From the NCBI GenBank assembly GCA_016201185.1, contig JACQDG010000156.1, positions 1-39,174 of the forward strand: a stretch of 39,174 nt of DNA. Direction: 5' to 3'. Shown here in pieces: positions 10,818 through 20,007 of this stretch. Every line of letters begins with the position of its first letter. Positions within the stretch are counted from its first letter, which is position 1. The notes beneath the pieces were generated by a model that was given only the letters and a program-made list of their open reading frames with translations, did not search any database and was not told the DNA's origin. Position numbers and translations under genes: made by a program. Source of the DNA: Acidobacteriota bacterium. Its GTDB lineage: Bacteria > Acidobacteriota > Terriglobia > Bryobacterales > JACQDG01.

Positions 10818-13505
10818 ATGACACCGACGCAGGAAAGCGAAGAGTATCAACGCTTGCATGAACCCTACACAGGTTTGGTGCGGCCCTGGCGCAAATGGGG
10901 CCCTTACGTCAGCGAGCGCGCCTGGGGAACGGTCCGTGAGGATTACAGCCCTTACGGCACGGCGTGGGACTATCTCACTCACGACCTCGCTCGCAGCAAG
11001 ACGTACCGCTGGGGCGAGGATGGAATCGCCGGAATCTGCGACCGCTATCAGATCCTGGTATTCGCAATGGCCCTTTGGAACGGCAGCGATCCCATCCTCA
11101 AGGAAAGGCTGTTCGGGCTGACGTCCGGCGAAGGCAATCACGGTGAAGACGTCAAAGAATACTATTTCTACCTGGACAGCACCCCCTCCCACAGCTACAT
11201 GAAGATGCTTTACAAGTATCCGCACGCCGCATTTCCCTATGCGCGGCTGGTGGAGGAGAACCGGCGAAGAGGCGGGCGCGGATTGGAATTCGAGCTGTTG
11301 GACACCGGGGTCTTCGATGAGGATCGTTATTTCGATGTCTTCGTGGAATACGCCAAGGTATCACCCGAGGACATCTCGATTCGCATCGAGGCTTTCAACC
11401 GCGGGCCGGAAGATGCGGACCTCCATATCCTGCCGCACTTGTGGTTTCGCAATTCCTGGAGCTGGACCGATCCTCCGGGCCCGGAGCCGGTTATCGCGCT
11501 GGGACCGGAAGGGAAGGGGTATCTCAGCCTTCAGGCTGATGACTCAAATGCAGAGCCGCCCAAGAATCTTCCGGCCGAATATCGTCTCGGGATTCGCTAT
11601 CTGTATGCGCAGGCCGGCGGCACGCCCCTTTTTACCGACAACGAAGCCAATGCTCCCAGGGTATATGGCCCGTGGGCTGCCAGCCGTAAGCCGCACGTCA
11701 AAGACGCATTTCACCGCTACCTTGTGAATGGCGAGACCGATGCGGTGAACCCTGCTCGCACGGGAAACAAGGCGTGCATCGACTACAGGCTGCGGATCGG
11801 AGCGGGCCGGTCGGCGGTGCTGCGCCTGCGCCTGACTCCGGACAAGCTGGCTGGCCCTTTGGGCGGCGTGGACCAAGTCATCGCGCAACGGAAAGAAGAG
11901 GCAGACCGGTTTTACTCGACCATTCATCCTCCTCGCGCGACCGAAGAGGAGCGCATGATTCAGCGCCAGGCGCTGGCCGGCCTGCTGTGGTCGAAGCAGA
12001 TTTATCTCTTTGACGTGGCCGTGTGGCTGGACGGCGACAATCCGAAGTGGCCGCCGCCCGAATCCCGAAAGCATCTACGCAATACCCGCTGGCGCCATCT
12101 GAACTCGATGCGCATCCTGTCGATGCCGGATAAGTGGGAATATCCCTGGTTCGCTGCGTGGGATCTGGCCTTCCAATGCATTACGTTCGCTCTGGTCGAC
12201 CCAGGATTCGCAAAGGATAACCTCTGGTTCTTATTGTTCGAGCAGTTCCAGCACATCAACGGCCAGCTCCCCGCTTACGAGTGGGAGTTCTCGGATCTCA
12301 ACCCCCCGGTCCACGCCTGGGCCTGCTGGCGAGTCTACGAGATCGAGCGGGAGCGCACCGGCAAGGGGGACTGTGAATTTCTGGAGAAGTGTTTCCACAA
12401 ATTGCTCATCAACTTCGCCTGGTGGGTGAACAAAGTTGACAGTCAGGGAAACAATGTGTTCGAAGGAGGCTTCCTGGGCCTCGACAACATTACGGTGGTG
12501 GATCGCAGCGAGAGGCTGCCCAACGGCGCGATTCTCGAGCAGTCGGACGGAACGGGTTGGATGGCGTTTTTCTGCCTTTACTTGATGCGGATGGCGCTGG
12601 AGCTGGCGAAGGAGAACAAGACCTACGAGGGGCTGGCGACGAAGTTTTTCGAGCACTATGTTTACATCGGCGCCGCAATGAAGAAGATGGGCGGCCGTGA
12701 CTATCAACTGTGGGATGAAACGGATGGCTTCTTTTACGACATCCTCCGCTACCCCAACGGCGAGTTCCACAAGTTCCGCGTTCGTTCCTTGGTTGGCATC
12801 ATCCCCATGTTCGCCGTCGAAGTTCTCCGCGATGAAGAGGTGCGGCAACATCCGGAGTTCCTGACCAACGTCGACTGGTTCATCCGAAACCGTCCCGAGC
12901 TGGTAGGACACGCCTGCTACACCGAGACGCGAGGCGGAGCGCCTCTGCACATCCTTTCCATCGTCGATCAGCACCAGTTGAAGGGAATCCTGAAACGCCT
13001 ATGGAGCCCTGACGAATTCCTGTCTGAACACGGAATCCGCAGTCTTTCCAAGTACCATAGGGATCACCCCTTTGTCTTTGGATCGAGCCAGGTGCGTTAT
13101 GAGCCAGCCGAAGAGGAAGTGAAGCTTAAGGGGGGCAACTCCAACTGGCGAGGTCCCATCTGGTTTCCCACCAGCTATCTCATCGTAGAGTCCCTGGTCA
13201 AGTTTAGCGAGGCCCTTGGCCCCGGCTTTGCGCTCGGGGCCCCCGGGAAAGGCCAGAAGGGTGTCACGCCGAAGATGATGGCGGAAGAAATCGCGAACCG
13301 CCTGATTGGTATCTTCAAACGTAATCCGGCGGGACGACGGCCGGTCTACGGAGACGCCGAGAAATTTCAGGCCGACGCGCACTGGCGGGACTACCTGCTC
13401 TTTTATGAGCATTTCCACGGCGACAAAGGCGCTGGACTGGGCGCCAGTCATCAGACCGGATGGACCAGCCTTGTCGCCAACCTGATCGACGAGTGGCGGC
13501 GATAG
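10818..13505 (+). CDS. GH63-like / MGH1-like glycoside hydrolase (annotated as glucosidase in many genomes)
   Basis: The N-terminal block [41 protein letters not shown], then [28 protein letters not shown], matches an ~890-aa glucosidase family I recognise. An (alpha/alpha)6-type C-terminal half follows. I chose the start at the ATG at 10818 ([10 protein letters not shown]). Confidence 0.65.
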   Translation: MTPTQESEEYQRLHEPYTGLVRPWRKWGPYVSERAWGTVREDYSPYGTAWDYLTHDLARSKTYRWGEDGIAGICDRYQILVFAMALWNGSDPILKERLFGLTSGEGNHGEDVKEYYFYLDSTPSHSYMKMLYKYPHAAFPYARLVEENRRRGGRGLEFELLDTGVFDEDRYFDVFVEYAKVSPEDISIRIEAFNRGPEDADLHILPHLWFRNSWSWTDPPGPEPVIALGPEGKGYLSLQADDSNAEPPKNLPAEYRLGIRYLYAQAGGTPLFTDNEANAPRVYGPWAASRKPHVKDAFHRYLVNGETDAVNPARTGNKACIDYRLRIGAGRSAVLRLRLTPDKLAGPLGGVDQVIAQRKEEADRFYSTIHPPRATEEERMIQRQALAGLLWSKQIYLFDVAVWLDGDNPKWPPPESRKHLRNTRWRHLNSMRILSMPDKWEYPWFAAWDLAFQCITFALVDPGFAKDNLWFLLFEQFQHINGQLPAYEWEFSDLNPPVHAWACWRVYEIERERTGKGDCEFLEKCFHKLLINFAWWVNKVDSQGNNVFEGGFLGLDNITVVDRSERLPNGAILEQSDGTGWMAFFCLYLMRMALELAKENKTYEGLATKFFEHYVYIGAAMKKMGGRDYQLWDETDGFFYDILRYPNGEFHKFRVRSLVGIIPMFAVEVLRDEEVRQHPEFLTNVDWFIRNRPELVGHACYTETRGGAPLHILSIVDQHQLKGILKRLWSPDEFLSEHGIRSLSKYHRDHPFVFGSSQVRYEPAEEEVKLKGGNSNWRGPIWFPTSYLIVESLVKFSEALGPGFALGAPGKGQKGVTPKMMAEEIANRLIGIFKRNPAGRRPVYGDAEKFQADAHWRDYLLFYEHFHGDKGAGLGASHQTGWTSLVANLIDEWRR

Positions 13506-13607
13506 CAAGTTAGCCCCTGCCGCGGCTGCGCTAACGGCTCAGCACAAGGCGGCTCTTCGGCTTAGCGCCGAGAATGCTGCTGGGAAACGCCCGCTGGCGA
13601 GAAATGC

Positions 13608-15008
13608 TCAGGGTTGAATGGAGGCCCGCCCCGCAGCCGATCCTGGTGAAGGTGATCGCCCGGCCTTGCTCAGAAGTTGCGGGACCGTGAACTTGCCTTT
13701 GACCGGTTTTTCCTGGGTCCAATCGTGGTACAGGTGGCACTCGAAACAGCGGGCCTCGGCGGCTTCAGCCCTGCCAGAGCGATGACATTGCTGGCAAGTG
13801 GCGATCCCTGGCAGCAGCACCTCAGAGGTTTTCTCGCTGGTGGCGGTCTGGACGTGACAGGCCGTGCAAGCCAGCATTTGATGGGCTTGGTGATCAAAGA
13901 TCGCATGGGGAAGCCAGCGCACCGTAATGGCGGACTTGGCTACATCGGGCAGCGACGCGCCGGCCGCAAAGCTGAGCGTGTGGCATTCTTTGCAGGTCTT
14001 CTCCCACAGGAGCAGTTCCGCGTCCTCCACGCGTTGCTCCACCCACTCGGCTGCATTCCGCGGCGCCGGTCGAGGGGGCCGGCCCGGTATCCTCGCTTCG
14101 GCCAAGCTCGGTTTGCGCAACTCTTCGGGATGGGCGGCGATGTACTCGGTAAACTTCTTGACCACGAAGTTGTAAACCACCTTCGGCTCTTTATGGGGTA
14201 CCGGCTCCCGAAATCGCTCGTCGAAATAAAGAGGATGGCAGGCGGAACAACTCTCGCTGTAATGGATGGTCGCCATATAGGCCCTCGCCGATACGCGGGC
14301 CGGTAAGGGCTGGGGCGGCGGCTCGGAAAGAGCCACTGTGGAAAGCTCCGCCTGGCCGAAGGGCCACGGCTCTTTCCCTCCCGGCGGCCGGTGGCAGTCG
14401 GCGCACTGCAACTGCACGGGTCCATGAGGGCCGCGCAGATCTGCTTTGAGGTGTATCTTGTGGTTCAACTTGATCGCGCCCGGGTCGCTGCGGCCGGGGC
14501 GCACCGAAGCGAACTCCGGATGCCCGCCGTTGAATTCCGTGATGTTGGCCGCGAAGCTCGGATGCCCGTCTTTGGTCTGCAAGCTGGCATGGCACCGGGT
14601 ACAAGCCCGGTCACTCGTTTGTGCCAATCGGACGGCGCCCACGTGTTCGACGTGACAGGACCCGCAAGAGGGGGTAAAGACCTGCTTTGCCTGATGGACG
14701 GGGCCGTCGTGGCAGGAGAGGCACGCTTGATCCGTCGCCTTCTTAAGGAAGATGTGGCTGACGTGACAAGCCGCGCAGTTGAGACCAAAGACAGCGTGCG
14801 AATGCGCCACGGGGCCGCCGGTGTAAACGTGCTGGTTGCCGGCGAGCCCCTCCCAACCCAGCCAAACGAGACCCAGGGCGACCAAACCTATGGAGAGAAT
14901 GCGGCGCCAGCGGGGCAGGGGATACAGGCGCTTGAAGTAATCCAGCTGGATGCGCTGTGCAAGTTTCTTTGTAGTCCGCGTTCTTCCCGGCACAGCGCTT
15001 CTCCTCAC
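13608..15008 (-). CDS. Membrane-anchored periplasmic decaheme cytochrome c with c3/c7-like modules
   Basis: N-terminal TM anchor ILSIGLVALGLVWLGW. Ten CXXCH motifs: CAACH, CLSCH, CGSCH, CTRCH, CADCH, CSACH, CKECH, CTACH, CQQCH and CFECH. FDHQAHQMLACTACH resembles the c7/c3 F.H..H....C..CH pattern. The GTG start directly abuts the upstream stop (TGAGTG). Confidence 0.85.
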   Translation of the reverse strand: MRRSAVPGRTRTTKKLAQRIQLDYFKRLYPLPRWRRILSIGLVALGLVWLGWEGLAGNQHVYTGGPVAHSHAVFGLNCAACHVSHIFLKKATDQACLSCHDGPVHQAKQVFTPSCGSCHVEHVGAVRLAQTSDRACTRCHASLQTKDGHPSFAANITEFNGGHPEFASVRPGRSDPGAIKLNHKIHLKADLRGPHGPVQLQCADCHRPPGGKEPWPFGQAELSTVALSEPPPQPLPARVSARAYMATIHYSESCSACHPLYFDERFREPVPHKEPKVVYNFVVKKFTEYIAAHPEELRKPSLAEARIPGRPPRPAPRNAAEWVEQRVEDAELLLWEKTCKECHTLSFAAGASLPDVAKSAITVRWLPHAIFDHQAHQMLACTACHVQTATSEKTSEVLLPGIATCQQCHRSGRAEAAEARCFECHLYHDWTQEKPVKGKFTVPQLLSKAGRSPSPGSAAGRASIQP

Positions 15009-15917
15009 TCAGTACCGCAGCGCGATCACTGCGTGAACTGACGCCAAGACCAAGAGGGCTATCGACAATGGGACATGGACCAGCAGCCACCCGTGCAGCC
15101 AATGGTAGAGACGAATCTGGCGGCTCAACTGGCGCTCTTCCTCCCAGATGTTTCCCAGGTTGTCCACCAGAGGGTGCAGTGGGACGGGCAGGAGCACCCG
15201 CAGCGACTGGAAAACTTCCTCGGCCCGTTGAGGAATGGCAAGCTCGGCGCCCGGCGCGCCCGGGTTCTCCAGGAACGGTCGCATCTTTTGGAGGTAGATT
15301 TCGCGAAAACGCTCCCTGGCTTCCTCCTCCACTTCGACCAGCGTGGCTACCGCCGCAGCCCCCTGCGCCGTGATTCGGTCCGAAACGGCTTGAGTTTGGC
15401 CCGCGCTGATCCCTAAAGGCCCGCAAACGGCGGCTGCCAGTTCGTCGGCTTCCCCTAGCAGTTGTTCGCGTACGTGCGGTATCTCTTCATAGATCGTTTC
15501 CATCGGCGCCTGCACAGTCATCATTTGAGGCAGATAATGCTGGAGCGCGGCGCCCAGCACCCCGCTGGCGATCACAATAAAGAACAGCACCATCAAGACG
15601 GTTGTCAAAGGTCCCCGAAAAGCGAAGCCGCTGTGGAACAGGATCAGAGGCAGGCTGACCAGTCCCAGCCAGAGATGACCCCTCATCCAGGTCTGGGCCC
15701 GGCCAATGCGCCAGACCGGTACTTTCTTGCGCGCTCCTAGCAAGCCGGCATACAACATCAATCCGTAGCCGATAATGCCGTAAGTGATCCCCAGCGTGCT
15801 GCCGCCGCTCGGTCCGCTCGGCGATCGCAGGACGTACGGTATGTAAATAGTGACGCCGGCGACCAGCAGGACCAGGGAGGCAATCATCCAGGGCCGGTGG
15901 GCTCCATCGATTCGCAT
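15009..15917 (-). CDS. Integral membrane protein (about 5 TM) with two H-x13-H pairs; putative di-heme b-type transmembrane electron carrier of unknown family
   Basis: Predicted TM helices at about aa 10-30, 42-62, 80-100, 104-127 and 273-300. H81-x13-H95 (HLWLGLVSLPLILFH) and H281-x13-H295 (HVPLSIALLVLASVH). A soluble helical insert of about 140 aa lies between TM4 and TM5. A GAGG RBS precedes the ATG, 9 nt after the upstream stop. Confidence 0.55.
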   Translation of the reverse strand: MRIDGAHRPWMIASLVLLVAGVTIYIPYVLRSPSGPSGGSTLGITYGIIGYGLMLYAGLLGARKKVPVWRIGRAQTWMRGHLWLGLVSLPLILFHSGFAFRGPLTTVLMVLFFIVIASGVLGAALQHYLPQMMTVQAPMETIYEEIPHVREQLLGEADELAAAVCGPLGISAGQTQAVSDRITAQGAAAVATLVEVEEEARERFREIYLQKMRPFLENPGAPGAELAIPQRAEEVFQSLRVLLPVPLHPLVDNLGNIWEEERQLSRQIRLYHWLHGWLLVHVPLSIALLVLASVHAVIALRY

Positions 15918-15926
15918 CGTACCTCG

Positions 15927-18089
15927 CTAGCGATCGGCAGACCTCCCCTGCGGCGCCCCCACAAGCCCGCTGAAGAACGTGTTGGGGTCCACCCGGTGAG
16001 CGGCATCGTGCGGGCAAGCGTACACGCAACTGGGTTCTACATGTTCCGTGCAAAGATCGCAGGAAGTAGCTTTTTGCTTGACAACAGCGACCTCTCGCTC
16101 CGGGGCAGCCGGATCCTTCGCATATACGGTGAAGGGGTGCATGTTGATGTTGCCGTACGGACAATTTTTGGCGCACAGGCCGCAGCCGATGCACCAGTCT
16201 TCGATAATTACCTCCAGAGAATTACGACGCCGGATAGAGCCCACCGGACAGCCCACCATACACAGAGGATCGCGACACTGCCGGCAGGAGGTGGCCACCA
16301 GATACTTGTCGAAGCGCACTCCTTCACGGATTAAGCGGGTTACGCCGTCGTGGGCGTCGGCGCAGGCGCGCACGCAGTTGTCACAGCGCGTGCACCGCTC
16401 CAGGTCGAGCACCAGCAAGCTTTGGGCCTCCATCAGGCCCTGGGCCAGAAACCGTTCGAGAGGGACGCTGGACGCGGCCGCGAGACGTTGTCGGTTTTGT
16501 TCCTCGCGCTCTTGGGCCACGGCTTCCAGACTACGCCGGACTTCGGGGAAGGCTAGCGTCATGCGGTGGAAATCTTCGCCATGGATACGGACCACCTCCA
16601 CGTGATCCAGCGCCGTGCAAGTGGCAGTGCGCCGACCCTCGCCTAGCAAACCCATCTCGCCGAAGTAGCCGCCGCGGCCCAGATAGGCCAGCACAAGCTC
16701 CCCTCCGGGGTGTATTTCGGAGACCTTTACAAAGCCGATGCGAACGAGATAGAAGCTGTCGGCTATGTCGCCCTGGCGGCAGATGACATCACCCTTGGAA
16801 TAACGCACCAGCTCCACCCTATCGCGCAGCGAATCGATGAAATCCTGGGTGAGCGTGGCGAATACAGGAACGCTGCGCAAATGGTCGTCGAGAGCGCGCC
16901 GCCGGTAGTTTTCCTCGATCTGCGCTTTGAGCGTCTTGTTCCTTTGCATGATGTCGAGGACGTTGCGCAGCATTTCTAGCATGGTGCAGTCGGTAGCAGC
17001 GCGAACGGTGGCGGAGCGCGGATACAGGCTCATGCAGGTCATTTCGCCGAACAGGTCGCCCGGACCAAGCTCGGCGACGGGATTTTCATAGGGCAGATCC
17101 ACCGGCGCATCAATCGGGATCATGCGGCGGTCCGCTTCTTCCGCGCGGCGATTCTCCCGCCGCCCGGCGAGACGGCTGGTGAGCTTGCTCAAGAAGCCCG
17201 TAGCGCCGCCCTCCGTCTTGACGTGGGCCAGGGGAGCGGAAAGGAACACCTGGGCCTTCCCCTGGAGGATATAGAATGCCGTGGAGCCGTACTCTCCTTC
17301 CCGGCAGACAATGTCTCCTTTCCGGAAGCGGCGAAGGACAATAGCGTTCTTATTCAGATCCAGGAAGGTCCCCGATACCTTCTGGAAGTAAGGCAATTGC
17401 AGCAACTCCTCCACGTTCACCGGCTCGCCTTGGGGCAAGACCGTCTTCACGACACTTTTGTTTGTCAGGGCGCCGGTGGGGCAGGAGACCATGCATTCCC
17501 CGCACGAAACGCAGGAAGAATAGCCCATGGGCTGGTTGTGATCGAAAGCGATGCCGGTCTGGTAACCTTTTCCCCTGCGGCCGAGCACGTCGTTGTGGCG
17601 GATTTCATCGCACCCGCGAATGCAACGATCGCAGAGGATGCAGGCCTCGTGGTCCACGGAGATCACAAAGGAGGTGTCATCCTGCCCGCGGGGCGAGAGG
17701 CGGCGGGCAAACCGCGGCTGGGTGACACCCTCCGTCCTGGCCAACATCTCGAGCTCGCAGTCGCCCGACTGTCGCTGGCGGGCGCAGGGGCTGGGATGGT
17801 CCGTCATCAGCAATTCGACCAGGGTACGGCGCACGTTTCTTACCTTTTCCGAGGTGGTGGAAATCACCATGCCGTTCTCCGCCAGTCGAATGCAAGAGGC
17901 GGCCAAAACACGGCCGCCTACATCCACCGCGCAAACGCGACAGACGCCCACCGGCGCTTCGTTCTGCTGGTGGCAAAGGGTGGGGATGGAGATGCCGTGG
18001 ATGCGGGCCGCATCGAAGATGGTAGTATCGGAAGGGACCGAAATCGGCCGGCCGTCGATGGTCAGTTGAACCTGGCTGTCCGAGCTCAT
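15927..18089 (-). CDS. Multidomain Fe-S protein: HoxU/NuoG-N-terminal-like [2Fe-2S] plus [4Fe-4S] module, two cyclic-nucleotide-binding domains, and a DmsB/HybA-like four-cluster ferredoxin
   Basis: N-terminus: LTIDGRPI...TLCH..(x)..CRVC..(x)..C ([2Fe-2S]), HPSPC...C, CILCDRCIRGC and CVSCGECMVSCP. cNMP domains: FRKGDIVCREGEYGSTAFYILQG...GPGDLFGEM...RSATVRA and YSKGDVICRQGDIADSFYLVRIG...GRGGYFGEMGLL...RTATCTA. C-terminus: CTRCDNCVRAC, CRQCRDPLCMVGCP, CIGCGLCAKNCP and CDLCTEHVEPSCVYACP. I chose the start at MSSDSQVQ, whose ATG overlaps the upstream TGA (ATGA at 18086..18089). No signal or Tat motif is present. Confidence 0.8.
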   Translation of the reverse strand: MSSDSQVQLTIDGRPISVPSDTTIFDAARIHGISIPTLCHQQNEAPVGVCRVCAVDVGGRVLAASCIRLAENGMVISTTSEKVRNVRRTLVELLMTDHPSPCARQRQSGDCELEMLARTEGVTQPRFARRLSPRGQDDTSFVISVDHEACILCDRCIRGCDEIRHNDVLGRRGKGYQTGIAFDHNQPMGYSSCVSCGECMVSCPTGALTNKSVVKTVLPQGEPVNVEELLQLPYFQKVSGTFLDLNKNAIVLRRFRKGDIVCREGEYGSTAFYILQGKAQVFLSAPLAHVKTEGGATGFLSKLTSRLAGRRENRRAEEADRRMIPIDAPVDLPYENPVAELGPGDLFGEMTCMSLYPRSATVRAATDCTMLEMLRNVLDIMQRNKTLKAQIEENYRRRALDDHLRSVPVFATLTQDFIDSLRDRVELVRYSKGDVICRQGDIADSFYLVRIGFVKVSEIHPGGELVLAYLGRGGYFGEMGLLGEGRRTATCTALDHVEVVRIHGEDFHRMTLAFPEVRRSLEAVAQEREEQNRQRLAAASSVPLERFLAQGLMEAQSLLVLDLERCTRCDNCVRACADAHDGVTRLIREGVRFDKYLVATSCRQCRDPLCMVGCPVGSIRRRNSLEVIIEDWCIGCGLCAKNCPYGNINMHPFTVYAKDPAAPEREVAVVKQKATSCDLCTEHVEPSCVYACPHDAAHRVDPNTFFSGLVGAPQGRSADR
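16557..17399 (-). other. Domain region: tandem cyclic-nucleotide-binding (CAP-effector-like) domains embedded between the Fe-S modules
   Basis: Two copies of the beta-roll signature (G.LFGEM / GYFGEMGLL followed by R[ST]ATV/C.A). The first copy carries an insertion of about 50 aa (FLSAPLAHVKTEGG...DLPYENP). Confidence 0.7.
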
Positions 18090-19765
18090 ACCAGCCTCTC
18101 TTCGCGCATGGGGCAGACCCTTTCGGGGCATTCCCGGCGGAGGATATGGGCCTCGACTTCTTTCCGGAAATGCTGCAGCACGGAAGTTATCGGTGCATGG
18201 GCGAATTGCCCCAGACCGCAAATGGAGGTCAGGCGCAGGGCGTCAGAGAGTTCATCCACCAACTGCAGATCAGCCGGTGAGCCTTTGCCTTGCGTCCAGC
18301 CGGTGAGGATGTCCACCAGTTTCTGGGAACCCATGCGGCAAGGTACGCACTTGCCGCAAGACTCGTTGCGGAAGAACTTCACTGCGTTCAAAGCCATGTC
18401 GAGCATACACCTGCCTTCGGCACAGACCACGATGGCACCCGAACCCAGCATGGAGCCGGCCGCGGCCATCGACTTGAAGTCGAGATGGACATCCACCAGG
18501 GAGGCCGGAAGATAGCCTGAAGACGGACCGGAAGGGGCAAAAGCCTTGAGTTGCTTGCCGTCGGGGGGACCGCCGGCGAGATTAAGAATCACCTCCGAGG
18601 CCGGCGTACCCATAGGGATTTCGAATACCCCCGGTTTACGCACATCGCCGCTGACGCCCACCATCTTCAAGCCGGCAGCTCCACCCTGTCCCTGGGTCTT
18701 ATACCATTCCACGCCGTTGGTCAGAATCTGAGGCACGTGGGCGAAGGTCTCGACGTTGTTGAGCACGGTCGGTTTGTTCCAGAGCCCATGGGTGACAGGG
18801 AAGGGCGGTTTGTTGCGGGGTTCGGCGCGCTTGCCTTCGATAGCTTCTAGCAAAGCGCTCTCCTCGCCGCAGATATAACCGCCCGGGCTGACGAAGATTT
18901 CCAGCTCGAAGGGGAGGTCAGACCCGAGCACCTGCAGCCCCAGGATGCCGTCTTGCTTGCATTTGTGAATCTCTTCGTCCAGGATCCTTTCCTGAACGCC
19001 GTACTCATGGCGAATGTAAAGGACACCCTTACGCGCCCCGGCCACCAACCCGGCGATGATCATCCCCTCGATGACGAGGTGGGGCAGGTGGTGCATGATG
19101 AAGCGGTCTTTGATGGTACCGGGCTCGCTCTCGTCAGCGTTGCACACGACGTACTTCTCCGTGCCCGGAGCTTTGCGAACGGCCTCCCACTTGACCCCCG
19201 TGGGAAAGCCAGCGCCTCCCATGCCGCTCAGTCCGCTGGCCTTTAAGGTCGCAATGACGCCGTCCCAGTCCCGGGTCTGGACCAGGCGCCGAAGTGCGCC
19301 GTAACGCGTGGCGCCCTTATAAGGGTCGGAAGCGAGATCCGTCCGCCTGTTTTCCACGGGCTGCTCCGGCAACTCACTGCCTCCCAGGGCGGCGAAGACC
19401 AGAGCCTCGGCCTGGGCCCCGGTGACCCCGCGGTAAATGTGGTCATTGACGGAAATAGCGGGGGCCCCGTCACATTGCCCCAAACAGGAGGTCTCGCGAA
19501 CAGAAACCTCGCTCTCGCCCAACGGCAGGAACCGCTGCTTGAGCTCGGCGCGCAACGGCTCGGCCCCTCTCAGGTGGCAAGACATGTCAGAGCAAACCCG
19601 CAGATTCACCTTGGCCGCAGGCGTCAGATAGAAATGAGGATAAAAGCTTGCCACGCCATGCAGGCGATAGAGGGGGATCTTGGTCTTCTTGGACAGCGCC
19701 TCCAAATGCTCGGCTGGCAGATAACCGTATTGACGCTGAATGGCCCTGAGTTCTTCGAAGATCAC
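18086..19765 (-). CDS. NuoE-NuoF fusion: NAD(P)H-binding FMN/Fe-S diaphorase subunit (HoxEF / NADH dehydrogenase 24-kDa plus 51-kDa type)
   Basis: NuoE-like N-terminus (GVASFYPHF...RVCSDMSCHLRG...CLGQCDGAPA). NuoF motifs GLSGMGGAGFPTGVKW, YVVCNADESEPGT.KDR, ICGEESALLEAIEGKR.EPR.KPPFP and the N3 cluster ESCGKCVPCRMG...CGLG. GTG start, with a possible TTG one codon upstream, after an AGGAG. Confidence 0.85.
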   Translation of the reverse strand: MIFEELRAIQRQYGYLPAEHLEALSKKTKIPLYRLHGVASFYPHFYLTPAAKVNLRVCSDMSCHLRGAEPLRAELKQRFLPLGESEVSVRETSCLGQCDGAPAISVNDHIYRGVTGAQAEALVFAALGGSELPEQPVENRRTDLASDPYKGATRYGALRRLVQTRDWDGVIATLKASGLSGMGGAGFPTGVKWEAVRKAPGTEKYVVCNADESEPGTIKDRFIMHHLPHLVIEGMIIAGLVAGARKGVLYIRHEYGVQERILDEEIHKCKQDGILGLQVLGSDLPFELEIFVSPGGYICGEESALLEAIEGKRAEPRNKPPFPVTHGLWNKPTVLNNVETFAHVPQILTNGVEWYKTQGQGGAAGLKMVGVSGDVRKPGVFEIPMGTPASEVILNLAGGPPDGKQLKAFAPSGPSSGYLPASLVDVHLDFKSMAAAGSMLGSGAIVVCAEGRCMLDMALNAVKFFRNESCGKCVPCRMGSQKLVDILTGWTQGKGSPADLQLVDELSDALRLTSICGLGQFAHAPITSVLQHFRKEVEAHILRRECPERVCPMREERLV

Positions 19766-19910
19766 AAGGCTCGCTCTCCTGTTCTAGAAGTCAGTCGGGT
19801 TTGTCCAGAATGCCTAGGGAATCATAACATTGATCTGCCCATCGAGCGAAAAACAATACCGGCGGACCGCTGGTTTCGGCTCCAGCTCTCTCTTATGTAC
19901 CGCTCTCTCT

Positions 19911-19939
19911 ATTGACTTCTGCCGTCGTGTAGAGTATAA
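19911..19939 (+). promoter_or_regulatory. Candidate sigma70-type promoter for the cytochrome/GlcG pair (-35 TTGACT, 17-bp spacer, -10 TATAAA)
   Basis: TTGACT at 19911..19916 and TATAAA at 19934..19939, about 70 nt upstream of the ATG at 20008, in the 242-bp divergent intergenic region. Confidence 0.5.
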
Positions 19940-20007
19940 ACGTCTGCGTTGTTCGGAGTAAATCCAGTGCGGCCTCGTGCGGTAGAGCAGACGCCTGAGG
20001 CCCTCCT

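Noticed and set aside
13508-13545. Stem-loop (GTTAGC...GCTAAC around a GCCGCGGC palindrome) between the convergent glucosidase and decaheme genes, as a bidirectional terminator
   Set aside because: There is no U/T tract on either side and the inner pairing is imperfect. It may still be a weak or factor-dependent terminator, but the sequence alone does not support that.
17223-18515. 430-aa plus-strand ORF
   Set aside because: It is antisense to the Fe-S/cNMP protein and to the end of the NuoEF gene. The sequence is Arg/Gly/Ala-rich with no recognisable domain.
19790-19850. Extended -10-like element (TGtTATGAT on the minus strand) as the promoter of the NuoEF operon
   Set aside because: There is no acceptable -35 element at 16-19 bp. 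It is plausible but too weak to list without TSS data.
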